Assembly: GCF_009914755.1 (NCBI RefSeq)
Contig: NC_060929.1
Source: the human T2T-CHM13v2.0 reference genome, Homo sapiens
DNA length: 64,000 nucleotides
Reading direction: 5' to 3' (one strand)
A program made the position numbers and the translations under genes. The notes below the pieces were generated by a model. The model ran no database searches and had not been told where the DNA came from. It saw nothing but the letters and a program-made list of their open reading frames with translations. Of this stretch, positions 41,640-56,545 are shown in pieces (within the stretch, counting starts at the first letter, position 1; each line of letters starts with the position of its first letter).

Positions 41640-42090
41640 ATAAAATTACCGAGTAATATGTTAGGGTTTAGCACAAGGCATGGGTTCCAGCTATAGGGTA
41701 TTCATAATTTAATTGGAGAAACAAGAGATAAACATAAAAAGAAAGTAACAATATAAGATTGTATGTATAAGATGAGTGATTCAAACTGTAAGTCCTACAG
41801 AGACAGGAAAGATTTCTGTGGATTGGGACTACTAAACTAGGATGACTGAAATGAGTTGAGCTGTGCTAGAAGGAGGCACATAGATGAGCCAGTAAAGGAG
41901 TAGAGGGCATTCAAAACAGGGGAAGTACAGAACAAAAGTAAAGGTATTGTTGCCCTGCAGCCCTTGGTATAGCTTACATATATGGTAGAAGATTTGTGGG
42001 AGATGTGGTTACAAAGGCAGGTGAAGGTCACATTGTAGAAGGATTTGAACGCAGGGCTAAGATCTTAGGACTTTATTTTGTAGGCAATGG
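41640..42090 (-). mobile_element. Decayed L2
   Basis: ggactttattttgtaggcaatgggaaaccact; ttcataatttaattggagaaacaaga. Confidence 0.6.
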
Positions 42091-43569
42091 GAAACCACTC
42101 ATGGTTGGTTGGTTGGTTGGTTTGTCTGTACATGGCATTTGCAAACAGTACACATTTTTTTTTTTCATGGTCAAGACACCTGAAGATTAGAGCTTCCTTC
42201 CTTCTATAAGCTACATTGCCACAACTGTGAATAACATGCTTCACTACATTGGGGTGTATGTTTGTGTGTGTGTGTGTGTGTATATGTATTTGAGGGGGCT
42301 AGAGATGAGCATATCTGTATGGCGGGGCAAGGGGAAGAGAGGTGGCAATCTTCATTCAAGTATTATAGACTCTTTCTGTGTGCCAAGCTATATATCATAT
42401 GAAAAGAAAAACATCTATAAATACAAGATAATAATGAAGGCCTTATAAAAACAAATTATAAACCTGAAAAATGATTTATAAAAATAATGAGATTTAAAGA
42501 TTTCTTGGTCAGAGGCTGAAGTTTACCAGGTAATTTAACTTAGGAGATTCAGCCAAATTCCTGGCAGCTTAGCCAACAGTGTCATTTCATTCCCACATTG
42601 AGAGTACCCAGGGAAGCTAACTCCCTGCCTTTCTCATGTCTGAACTACTGTTGCCAAGATCCTGCAGTTCTTCTGTCAGATGAGAAGAAGTGTGGCTTTT
42701 TGTGGAGCCACCTTTCACAATAACAGGGCTTGTGAAAAGATTCCCCATTTTCAAGATGCAGTGAACCTAACAAGAACTTGAAATTCATCCCACGGCCATA
42801 CCAATCAGTATTCCAGCTGTAGTAAGTTAATTGGCAATCGTTTTTTGTTTTTTTTTTTTTCTTTTGTCTTCTATTTAAAAAAAAAAATCCTGGAAATGGT
42901 AAAAGACATGTTGTCGTGACAAAAAAAAATGATTGCAATATTAAACACTGAGAATTCTGGAGGTGGAATCTTAAGAAAAAAACCTCCCCAGTCAATATCG
43001 AATCCATACTTTTCTGCCTGCATTTGAAAACTTGCAAGCTGATTTAACATATCGCTCTGCCTTCTTACTCCTTCCATTTCTTTTCTGCTGCCCATATTTA
43101 TCCTGTCTCATTTCCTGCACCTTTCATGCATGCCATTACAACAAGGCCACCCTCCTCCTCATTACCCTTTGAACATTTGCCATTTTTTTCCGACTCTATT
43201 CAAGTTCTCTCTCATATCTAAAATGAATACATATAACCTAATACACTTAATACGAATTGATTTTTTTAACAATGAGATGCCAGACTTGAAAGTGAAAACT
43301 TGAATTATTGCACTCAAATATATATATAAGGTAATGAATATTATAGACATTTTTGAACTCCTATCTGTGACCTCCTATTGATATAGTTGGGATCCCTTCT
43401 GTTGTGTGTGAAATAGCATTGCTCATTTGGAGACCGACAGTCATTGTTCAAGGGAGCTAATTTCAGAGCAGAATTGTAGTATTTAGCATCAAGACCAAAG
43501 ACAATGAAAAGACCAAACATTATCACAATTGGAGGAAAGAGGCAGGATGGGTTGAAATTTGAAAAATGT

Positions 43570-43906
<337 letters not shown>

Positions 43907-45614
43907 TTAATACTTAGGTACCAAGTATTGGAGTAGTACCTTTTTATCCTGGTTTCAGGGTGGAGAGAGAAGGATAGAATGGATTGTTTTTGCCTTTTAT
44001 TGAAGGCTAGATAGATAATGAAACTTCATTTTAAAGAAATATTTGAAGTAAGAGAATCTATTACAATATGGTTTGCTATTACATTTATGTGAAAAACTGA
44101 GGGGAACACTGTTTCCCATGGTGCAAACACAAACCAAAAAAGATGTATTCCATTTAAACTGTAACTAAGCTTATACAGCTAGCCCTTTTTCTTCATGCCA
44201 ATTTTATAGAAAGGTTAAACTGTAATTATCAAGAGGAATGAATCATAATGTGGTGAACTGGCCAGAAGTACTTGGTCACACACAACTTCAGTTTATTTGT
44301 GGTATAATAATGATAGTCACCAAGAAGTTTGAAGTATGAGAACATTAGACACTTCTCCTACAATTTTGTTTCAGGGCAATTAATAAAATTCTCAAATTAA
44401 ATTTTGCCACACATACGATTATTAACTAAATATTTACTTGTAAGTAAGCACAAAATAATTCATGAACCTGTCCTATAGGTTTGAAAAAAAATTGCAAGCT
44501 CTCGGTCCTTTTAGGTGTCCCAGTCACTACCTCATAGAAAATGTTCATTTTTGACAAATGTAAAGATTCCTGAGCAGGAATGATGATTCTTCCTGACTTC
44601 AAACAACCACAGTTGTTCAGGGTTCATAGCTGGACACAGAACCATTTAAAAATTTAGCAGGTTATCTCTAGGTGTAAATAGGCCTCATGGGATTTTTACA
44701 CCTTGTCCATAAAATGATGGGCAGTATTTCTAAAATATTTTAGCCAGTCTGTATAACACTAGTACTTTTAATTTACTCATGAAAACCCATATGTAATATT
44801 CATCAAGTTAGTTTACATGCTTTGTTTTTATCAATAGGCATGCATTTTGTCATTCAGTATACTGATTAGTAAGTCATCAGTTATTGATTGAAATATGAAT
44901 AACAAAAGTACCTGGAGTGGCCTCCTTAGGAGTACAGATTTCTGATCCCATCAGCCTGCTTCTGGCCGGTGCATTCCTGATTAGATGCTAGAAACATCTT
45001 GGTTATAGTCCACCCTCACTAACATACCTTTAGTAACATTGTATTTTAAAGTAAGTTGCAGACATTATAATACATGAGGTAATCACTTCCCAAATACAGT
45101 ATCCTTTTTGGTTGCCAATTTGTAAGACATCATTTGGAATTCTGAAATGAATGGCAGAAATTTTCACTAATTTTATTTTTAAAAATTTTGCCTTGTATTT
45201 TAATTTAAACTTAATATTCTTTTTTCCTAGATATCCGCTGTGACATTAAATATAATCTTTCTCCAGTTTACAAATCTATAACTGAAATGTCCTCTACCTC
45301 TAACAGTTTTGCTAGTTTTGTTCATAGACAAGCATATACTTGTACTTTCATTAGTCATCTCTTAGCTTAACAGCATTGGGAAATCTTTCAGCTTGAATGT
45401 GTTTAAAAAAAAAAAAAAACTTCCTTTTTAATTTACCCTTATCTATTCCCCATACATTTTTAGAGGCTAATAAAAAAAGTCCTAAAATTTAAACAGCTTT
45501 GGAAAGTAAACTATGCTTTGATGGGCTTTCACTTAGTATTTGATCAAAGAATAATTTACCAACTAGGAAAAAATATTTTTTAATTGTCATAATGACAAAA
45601 TATAAGAATAAAGG

Positions 45615-45790
45615 CTTTGTGATTTGGGAAAGTCACTTAACCTCTCTGAAGCCTTGTTTTCCTTATAAATAAAATGAAGATAGTAATAATAAGTACTTTA
45701 TGAAGTAATTTTAAGGATTAACAAGGTAATACATGGAAAACCCATAGCAAAGTGCCCAAAACATAAGATCTGGAAATTGATAGTTATTAA
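45615..45790 (+). mobile_element. MIR
   Basis: tgtgatttgggaaagtcacttaacctctctgaagcc...aaaatgaagatagtaata. Confidence 0.8.
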
Positions 45791-46027
45791 GAAAAAAAAA
45801 TCAAGAGAGGAATTTCAGTAGAGTGTTCAACAGTGTCCAAGTTGTCTCGTAGAGATCAAGTAAAGCATGAACTACACAGAGTGAGAACTCAACATGCAAG
45901 CTTTTCTGCCAGAATGTAATATATGTGTACCTGAAAAACCACTCATTCTGCAAAATTACACAGTAAAAATAACAGGCTTAAGGGAGAAAAAATTAAGCTT
46001 TGGGCAATATATTCAAAATCGACTCAG

Positions 46028-46962
46028 TTTCTCCCATTCTGTAGCAATTTACCCATCTGACAAAGGGCTGATATCCAGAATCTACACAGAACTTAAACAA
46101 AATTTACAAGAAAAAAAAAAACCCATTAAAAAGTGGCCGAAGGATATGAACAGACACTTCTCAAAAGAAGACATTTATGCGGTCAACAGACATATGAAAA
46201 AAAGCTTATCATCACTGGCCATTACAGAAATACAAATCAAAACCACAATGAGATACTATCTCATGCCAGTTAGAATGGTGATCATTAAAAAGTCAGGAAA
46301 CAACAGATGCTGGAGTGGATGTGGAGAAATAGGAACGCTTTTACACTGTTGGTGGGAGTGTAAATTAGTTCAATCATTGTGGAAGACAGTGTGGTGATTC
46401 CTCAAGGATCTAGAACCAGAAATACCATTTGACCCAGCAATCCCATTACTGGGTATATACCCAAAGTATTCTAAATCATTCTACTATAAAGACATATGCA
46501 CATGTATGTTTATTGCAGCTCTATTTACAATAGCAAAGACTTGGAACCAACCGAAATGCCCATCAATGATAGACTGGATAAAGAAAATGTGGCACATATA
46601 CACCATGGAATACTATGCAGCCATAAAAAAAGGATGAGTTCATATCCTTTGCAGGGATATGGATGAAGCTGAAAACCATCATTCTCAGCAAGCTAACACA
46701 AGAACAGAAAACCAAACATTGCATGTTCTCACTCATAAGTGGGAGCTGAACAATGAGAACACATGGACACAGGGATGGAAACATCACACACCGGGGCCTG
46801 TCAGTGGGTGAGGAGCAAGAGGAGGGATACCATTAGGAGAAATACCTAATATAGATGACAAGTTGATGGGTGCAGCACACCACCGTGGCACTTGTATACA
46901 TATGTAACAAACCTGCACGTTCTGTACATGTATCTCAGAACTTAAAAGATAATAAAAAAAAA
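46028..46962 (+). mobile_element. 5'-truncated L1PA (about PA7/PA8) with a tiny 5' inversion
   Basis: ORF2 end [13 protein letters not shown]...[22 protein letters not shown], then 3' UTR and A tail. Confidence 0.93.
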
Positions 46963-47258
46963 CTATGCAGTTTTGTTTTTGTTGCTATGATTTCTAGTTA
47001 CAATCCTAATAAAAATACTATCTCCATTAAATCTCCAAGAACACGTTCACCCAGCATCAAAGATCATTTTGATCAAATTATTCCGTGTGTACAATATACA
47101 TAATGTTTTTTGTTGGTAGTAAAGTATCATATGGCATCTAACTGACTTGATTCAACAAATCTGCATAAAGATTTGAAAGAATAGTTTTGCTATATTTTAA
47201 TTGTCACCTTATGTCAATGCTAAAACAGCAAGTTAATACTTACAAATGATGTGCATAA

Positions 47259-47444
<186 letters not shown>

Positions 47445-48169
47445 TAAGTCATTTTATTCTTTGCCAAGAAGTGAGATGACATTTTTGAAAATCTAGCATA
47501 TGATCTTAAAAATTATGTTTTCATTTTGAACGTTTTTAAAGTTATTTTTAAGAAAATGTCATTTTGGAATTGTAAAATGTTTGAATCAATGTATTGTTTC
47601 AGTATTTGGTTAATTTCTATTAATATTTAAAGCTGAAATGCTGAGAACGTAAGCAAAAATTTTTTTCTCATGGTTTTTATAGATTAATTAGAAATGGCAT
47701 GTAGGATACAAAAAATATTGGAATCCAACTAGTGTTCAGTAAAGTGTTTCAATCTAATTTACTGCTTGAAAGAGACCCGTATGGCATTCAAATTAGCCAT
47801 TTAATTTGGTTATGCTTGGCATTTTTTTTCAAGTAAAATGTCTCCTTCTCATCATCTGTTTATTTCTATCAAGTTTTGGCATTGTGTACTTTATTTTCAC
47901 TGTTTTCACTCTTTGGTTCTGATTACCCTGCATCAGTCTGTATTTCAATTTAGGTGTGATGAGTTGCGAAGTTGAAACACTTAATATTTCGTTACAGCAA
48001 AACAATGAGCATTTATAAAGAATATTATCAGTTTAATCCAAAATGAATGTTCAAATCATTTGTATCTTTGGGTATGTGTATGTATGCTCTGAAAATTTAT
48101 TTTTTCTAAAGTTTTTGTTAATTCAGTAAATAGTTATTGAATGATGATGCTGTGGCAGATGATTTTATA

Positions 48170-48642
48170 GTTCAGTGATTTTCACAGGATGGAATGAGGG
48201 TACCTGGGGTTTTCCAATGGCCCTTTGTAGGGGTCCATAAGGTCGTCCCTTCTTAAATTCCATACCTGTGTGAGGCTGGATTTTCTTATATCCTTCAATT
48301 AAAATAACATTTCACTGCTGATTGAATGCAGAAGCTGGTGAAAATCCAACTGTTTTCAATCAAACCAGCTATCAAACAGGTTTGAAAAGTATAAAACAAT
48401 GCCCTCATAACATTTTTTTCTGGAAAATACGTTTCATAAAGAATATATCATTCATATTATCATATACTGGATTTGTGTTATTTTTAAATGAATTAATGAA
48501 TCTGTTTAAATTTTCTCAGGTTTAATTTTCAATATGGCAAATAGTCTACATAAACTAAAATGTGGAGTCAAAACTCTTGAGACCCTCAAAAATTTTTTAA
48601 AGTATAAAGTATTCCTGAGAGCAAAAAGCTTTAAAATTCTGT
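48170..48642 (+). mobile_element. hAT-Charlie DNA transposon relic
   Basis: tacctgtgtgaggctggattttct at 48263-48286 reads YLCEAGFS, the hAT dimerisation-domain motif. Confidence 0.72.
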
Positions 48643-50859
48643 TATAGACAATAAGGATGCAAAGAAGCACAATTCATGCCATCAGGAAACTGGCAGCCTA
48701 GTGGGAACATGTTTTAGTTTCTAGCGTATAAACATTGTATAGTGGGATTATTTTGTCTATCATTGTGTTTTTGTTCTCTCCACGATTGGCCTGATCTACA
48801 TATACTTAAAAATGCTATCTCCATACTATGCTGTATCCCTAATGTCTTCAGACAATATATGCAAAAACCCATTGTGCACTAAATTCTTTCCGGTTTGTGT
48901 TTATCATTTGAATTTATTCGTAGCTTATAACCCCTTGATAGAGCTCATAGAGTTCAAGGCATAGTGTGATCTCTTTTATACGGTGAACCAAAAATATTTT
49001 CAATTTACAGACATTGAAATAGCCAAACTATGGGAAAGAATAAAATTATAAGCAGTTTAAAACGTTCCAGAAACTAAGTACTTCATTCAGTCAATTAGTA
49101 GACAAGTGAGTAATGAGTTGAAATTGAATTATGTGCCAGGCATAATGTTGATCATGCTGAGGATCCCAGAAAGTAGAAAATAGACACAGCTCCTGTCCTC
49201 ATGGAACTTTCAGTCCAATTGTTTTGTCTGATAATGACTTAATGGTTTGCGGGAAGAAGGAAATATTGGTTTTATGTTGGAGAGCTGCATCTTAGGTCTT
49301 TTCACTCTATGTGTGAACCAAAGGTAAGGTTTTAGGTTGCTAACATTTTCTGAGTACACTGTGTTGCTTAAGCAGGTTTCTGATATGCATGATACAGAGA
49401 TGAAAGAAGTTTAGCTCTGAATCAAGACTAAATATTTTTATTTAGCTTTTTAATAAAGATAATGTGTTTGTTTCTCCAAACATACAGACAATTAATATTA
49501 TGTTCCTTTTCTTTTCCATGTTTAGGTAATCATGTCAATGTTTATGTTATATATTTTCACCATTTTAAAAGTTGACAAAGTTGATGTAAACCATATCAGC
49601 TTTGGTAACGGTCTGCTAATTATATCATTGTAGGCCCTTTAGGCAGACTGCCCCTAAGTAGAAATGAAAACACCTGTTAGATGTCAGTGAGCATTTTAAA
49701 TATTAAGAGAAATTTAGCATGTATCAGTCAGATGTTGAGTGGTTGATACCCTACTGTATAATGCCTCCTCTTTTGCTCAAATAAAACAAAATGTTAAATT
49801 ATGTATTTTTTTCTTATTTTTTTATACTATAGGATTTTTTTTGCATTTTGAATACAGGAGACTGAAATTTTATGGCTCTTAAAAATTTTAAATACTAGTT
49901 GTACTTTCCCAATATTTTTAATGAAAAAAAGAAGCTTCTATAAAACAAAAGCAAAAATAAGCCTTAGCTCTTAAAAAACCTCAGAGTAAGACGTTCTCAA
50001 TTACTAATGGCTAGCCCTTATTTTAAGTTTTAAAATTAAAACTGCTACCTATTTTCCTCCCTTCCTGAAGCATGATTTTTTTCTCTGACAGCTTGTCATC
50101 AAAAACATAAACATCAATTAGGTCATGTACCCTATCTGTAGACTCACAAATAAACGCAGATATGGTTAGTTTGCTACTTACGGGTGAAAATACATCAGTC
50201 CCTACCTCTAAACTTAAGTTTCCTAGGCCCTTCTGATTGCATGACCTTCAGTCCCTTCCAACATTCCCACCAGACATCTTACATGTGATTCCACTATTTA
50301 GCTTCTCTATCTCTGCAACTCAAGAAAAAAGAAACAAAAGTAGGGGAAGGAGTGGTCATAAGTACTATGGCTTAATTTTTTTTTTTTTTTGTCTACAAGA
50401 CTTTGTGCAAGTCATTTTACCTTTCCAAGTTTCAGTTTTCTCATCTAAAAATGAAAGGATTATACTAGATGATCTGTAAGATCCCTCTCAATATTTATAG
50501 ATCTATTGTATATTTAACTCTTCACCACTTTCAAAACATGAATATGATTTAGCAATAAAATACTTCCACATTTATTAGCTATTATTGATTAAAATTCATG
50601 AAGCAATTAAAAATATGAAATATCCATGAGAAAAGTATTCATTTTTTAAATTTAACTGTTTATAGGTATTTTACAATGTAACATATTAAGTACTTTATAA
50701 ATACCACAGGGTTATTTTGCATTCTGAGAAAAACTAAATACTTATCTATAAAACAAAATCATAATAATTTTTAAATTTAGTTGAACATTTATTGCAACCC
50801 TAAGTCATTGTTATAGTGACAAGGTATAGAAGGAGAGAGAGATATAAAAATAAATCAGA

Positions 50860-51035
50860 ATTTTGATAAGTGCTTTATATGTTATCTCTCATTTAAATCT
50901 CACACAAACCCTACAAGATAGGTATTAATTTATCCTTCTTACAGATGAAAAGCAACCAAGGCTCATAAAGATATAGTTCTTTTGCCAGAGCAGCACAGCC
51001 GGTGTTTTATTCCAGAGTTTGTGCCTGGTTACTTC
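50860..51035 (-). mobile_element. MIR
   Basis: taagtgctttata...tctcatttaaatctcacacaaaccctacaagataggta...ttacagatgaaaa. Confidence 0.75.
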
Positions 51036-51605
51036 CTCAACTGGGTTTATAATCTTTTGAGAGACAAAGATATACACAAATAGTTTTGTGCAGAGCGAAG
51101 GGAGTACATCGGTCATAAAGTTCTAAATTGAAATATTTGGAATTGTGTTCCAGATTTGTGAGTGCACTATTATATGTGGGAATGGATTTGGGGCATTTTA
51201 TTTTATCTGAGAACCACTTTTTTGGGGGGTGGGGAAGCTTTCCTTTTATTTTGACTCAATATACAGAGAGAAATGACTTCAGTTAATACCTGAAATACTC
51301 TGCAAAGCTTTTAGAGACTTCAGAACAAATATAAATCACTGTAAAAGGAATACAGATATAAAATAAATATAAATTATTAAATTCACAGAGCTTTATAATG
51401 AATTGTTTTATTAATCTTGTAAACTTTCAAAGTATCTAGACAAACTGTCTTTCAAATATAAAAGAAAATTTGTTGTAAAGTTGCTTTTACCAATAAAAAT
51501 ACTAAATAGTATTTCAAGTGAATACTGGATGCCAAAACAACACACACACCTTAGAGTGAGTTTTTTATTTAATTAGCTAGGACTACACAATCTTATCACA
51601 GTCTT

Positions 51606-52771
<1,166 letters not shown>

Positions 52772-53249
52772 CTACAAGGTGCAGAAAAAGATGTAGCGTA
52801 TTTCAGCCCAGTATTTCCCCACCTCCATAGAGTGCAGTGCCACTGATAGAGTTTGTATAAGGTATTGTCTTCCTGAACCTACAAAAGCTCAATTCTTTAT
52901 TTTGTTATGCCGGATGCTTACAGTATTATCCTTGAAGAAATTGCACAATCCATGCACTTTTGTTTTGAGAAGTTATTATAAGCATCAGAATTTTTGTAGC
53001 TTCCAAACCAAAGTGACTATATCTATTAAAGCTTTTCAGGGTCCTAAAGAGCTCATTTCCCCACAGTAACCCAGTTGCAGTCACATAGAGTTTAGGCAAT
53101 ATTCACTCTTAATAAAGATTCTTCTTTTTAATGGAGTTTTGAAGAAAGTTATTTGTTTGCTTTCTGATATCTTCTTCCTATGTTTTTATTATTAATGTTA
53201 TGAATTATAAAAATTAAAACAGTGAGGGGGTCAGAGTCTGGTATTAATT

Positions 53250-53530
53250 CATTTATTTTTTAATAAAATGAACTTTATTTTATTTGTTTCCCAATTATAA
53301 AAGCAGTTCATGCTCATTCCAGAAAAATCAGAAAACCCACAGAAACAAAAGAATGAGCATATGGGAAACTCGTAATCCCACCCACCTGGAGATGACCACC
53401 GTTGAGACCTGGTACTCTGTGTCGTTGCAGATCCCTCTCTCTTCCACACTTCATTGACAAAACTAGGCTCACACCAGTTATGCTGTAACCCACAACTTTT
53501 TTTTTCTTCCATTTAGCAATCAATATGGTG
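53250..53530 (-). mobile_element. L1ME-type 3' end fragment
   Basis: ttataaaagcagttcatgctcattccagaaaaatcagaaaa...cccacctggagatgaccaccgttg. Confidence 0.55.
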
Positions 53531-56074
53531 TAATATGGGAGGAAAATAATATCTTTGGAAGACTATGTTTTAAAAGCAGTTGATTAATTTGAGATATGTA
53601 ATACTTTATATATAGAGAGAGTTATACATGGAATTACACATATATTACACATACATGTATGTATGTTTTGCCAGAATTTCTCCAGGAAGGCTATAACAAT
53701 TTGTACCCTCACAACAGTGTTTGCCTTTTGAGTTTTTTGTTGTTGTTGTTTACCAATTCATTTTAGAAATACATATATAGAGAGAAGGAGATGAAATTGC
53801 ATGTGCCAACTTAAAATGAGGTAGTTGACCATTCCATCTTTTCAAAAAGAATTTATTTTCATACCTTGATTCTTAAAAATTGCTAGCAATGTATTCAAAG
53901 TTTAAATCTCAAAGTATTTGAAAATTATGTTTTTTAAATTTAGATGGATAATATAATCATCAAATTCAAATATCCAATTTTTGTAGATTTTTGGTACCTG
54001 AACTATAGACTTTTTAAATGTCAAATTAGGTACATAAAATGAATGTTCAATTGCTATATATTTACTCTGGTCATCATGAGCAAACCTCATTTTTTACACA
54101 ACTTTAATTTTATCATAATGTTTATCTTAGTTGCAAAAGTAAACATGGTGGTGGTTTTAAAACGAGATAGGTTTTTATTAGCTTCACTCTATGTTTACCT
54201 AACTGGTCAGGCTGCGGCTCTCACTTTGCTTGCTGCATATTTTGATTAATGGCCCCTTGGCCTTGTTCCAGAGTATACTGATTATGGTCAGTGCACTTCA
54301 AAGATGATTTATTAATTGTGTTTGTGACCCAAAATAATTCAATAAAGATTGATCATATGCATTATTATAGATTTGCCAATAAAATCAACAGTTACACTTT
54401 AAGAGTATGTTTGCCTGAATAGATTTTTTAAGTATACAAAAAGGACAAAAACTTTTTTTTAATGTATTCTGTATTAAACACAGATTTATGACCTTTTAAA
54501 GCATGATTATTAAATGTATCATAGGATTGGTCTTGTAAGTGCATGAATTGTAAGTTCTACTTTAACATAATTTCAAGATAATATGTTTCATTGGAGCTTA
54601 CATAGGTGTTTTAATAAATATTTCGATGTTTATAACACCCTGGGAACAACCCTTACTACAATTCCCCTAGGCTATTACGTACATTTAAATTTTAAATTAC
54701 TGACAGACTCAGATGTCTGTTTTTAAAAAAAATGTTTATAGGAGACTTTTATAATCTTTCTGAGTTTTAAGTAAAGGGGATTTATCGTATGTTTCCTATA
54801 TGTTATACTCTTGTCATTTGAAAGACTTTGATATGTACAATTTCTCTAAATTTGGCTTGATAATAGTTATTGTTTCAGGCATTTTAAGCACTCTACCAAC
54901 ATAGAATAATGTGTAAATATTCACTATACATGGCCGGCAAAGTTATTAATCAAAGGAAATGACTCCCCGCTCATAATTTATGGTTCAGTATTAAAGGAAA
55001 AATAGGAGGTATATATTTTTTGGTATACTGTATCCAAAATTTACACTGTAACAGTGAAATTCTGTAACTTAAATCATCTAGTATGATGTGTTACTCAATG
55101 TAAAGTAAGTATTTGGTCCGTAGTAAAAATTATGAAATAAAATAAAATATTTTACCCACTAGAAATATAGACTGTTTCATGTTATCTGAAAAGTATAAAC
55201 TAATTATGCCAAAATAAGAAGATATGAACCCCCAAAGTAACAGATGTCAGCAAATGGAAGAAAGAAATCAGATATGAGAATAAAAGATAAACCTAAGAAA
55301 TTAAAAATATATAATGATCCATTAGTATTATTCAAGGACTTTGCTTGTTTTTGGAAAATTGTTACTAAAGGACAAAAGCACAAACATGCTTTATTTAAAC
55401 ATCATTATTCAAAAATACTTTTAGTAAAATTTTAGGACATAGTATTTTGTTTAATTGAAAATCTTTTACAATAACTTTGTTTCTAAACAATTTCTAAAAC
55501 TTATTTCTCTAGATCAAATATGTATATGTTACTTTGTAAAATGTTATTTTTGTAGTAAATGAAGATAAATTATCAGTGTATTGGATAAAGCAGTGTTATC
55601 ATTACCACCATTATTGAATGTTTACTCCTGTATAAATCACTTCTAGAAATACAGAATAAGAAGTTGATACAGCCTCTATCTTTGTCTTTGTGTATGAATA
55701 GAACAATGAAGGAGGAGTAATGAATAGCACACATACGTTGTTTGCTTTTGGGCCACATTACATTTTCTGACAAACTATCTTTAATATGTATATGGCTAAC
55801 TATAATATGTCTAGATTGTGCCAAATTCCATAGTAGGTATGAAAGCTATGAAATTTCAGAGGAAAGAGAGTTGCTAATCCTTTTGGAGCTATATGGAATA
55901 AGGAGATAGGATAAAATCAGAGAAGACTGACCAGGAGGAAGTGTTCTTTGAGTCTGGCTTTGGAGATGAATGTTGTTTCTAAAGGTGTAAACACCTGAGG
56001 AGGTGTAACTGGAGTTTGGCTTTGAAGATGAATGTTATTTCTAAAGGTATAAACTGAAAGAAAGAGAGTTCTAA

Positions 56075-56545
56075 TTGAACCCCATCCACAGCATCCCCTT
56101 ATTTCCTTTAGTAACAGAACTCCTTTCCACCACCTGCTCTATCCACAGGGTTTAACAGTGCATGTGCCTATCAACCTAGAGGCTACAATTCCCAGCCTCA
56201 CTAGCAGTGATGGGTGGCCATGTGACAAAGCCATTGCTAATGAGATATAAATGGAAATGATATGGGCAATTTGGGGATCTTGCCCATAAAACGATTGGGC
56301 ATACATTCCTATGTCTCTTTCTTCCTTCTCAGCCATTTAACATTTAAGGAAACCATGGTAGGAGATGGGAAAGCAAGATAGGAGGAATCATGGTCCCTGG
56401 ACAGTCTCAGGGAGCAGGGCAGCATACCCACAATGGACCACCCAGCTACCTCTGGACTGTCGTGTGAGAAAAATAAATGTCTAGCTTGATTGAAGCCATG
56501 GTGGTGGTTTGTTTTTGTTTTGTTCTCTTTGTTAGAGAAATCTGG
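56075..56545. mobile_element. Old MLT1 (J/K-like) LTR
   Basis: ttcccagcctcactagcagtg...ggccatgtgac; ctacctctggactgtcgtgtgagaaaaataaatgtctagcttgattgaagcca. Confidence 0.7.

Noticed and set aside
42645-43095. 130-aa and 74-aa minus-strand ORFs in non-repeat DNA
   Set aside because: Low-complexity F/K runs from homopolymers, with no recognisable domain or exon structure.
45894-46397. 167-aa ORF as a novel fusion protein
   Set aside because: Chance read-through from flanking DNA into an L1 ORF2 remnant, with no promoter or splice support.
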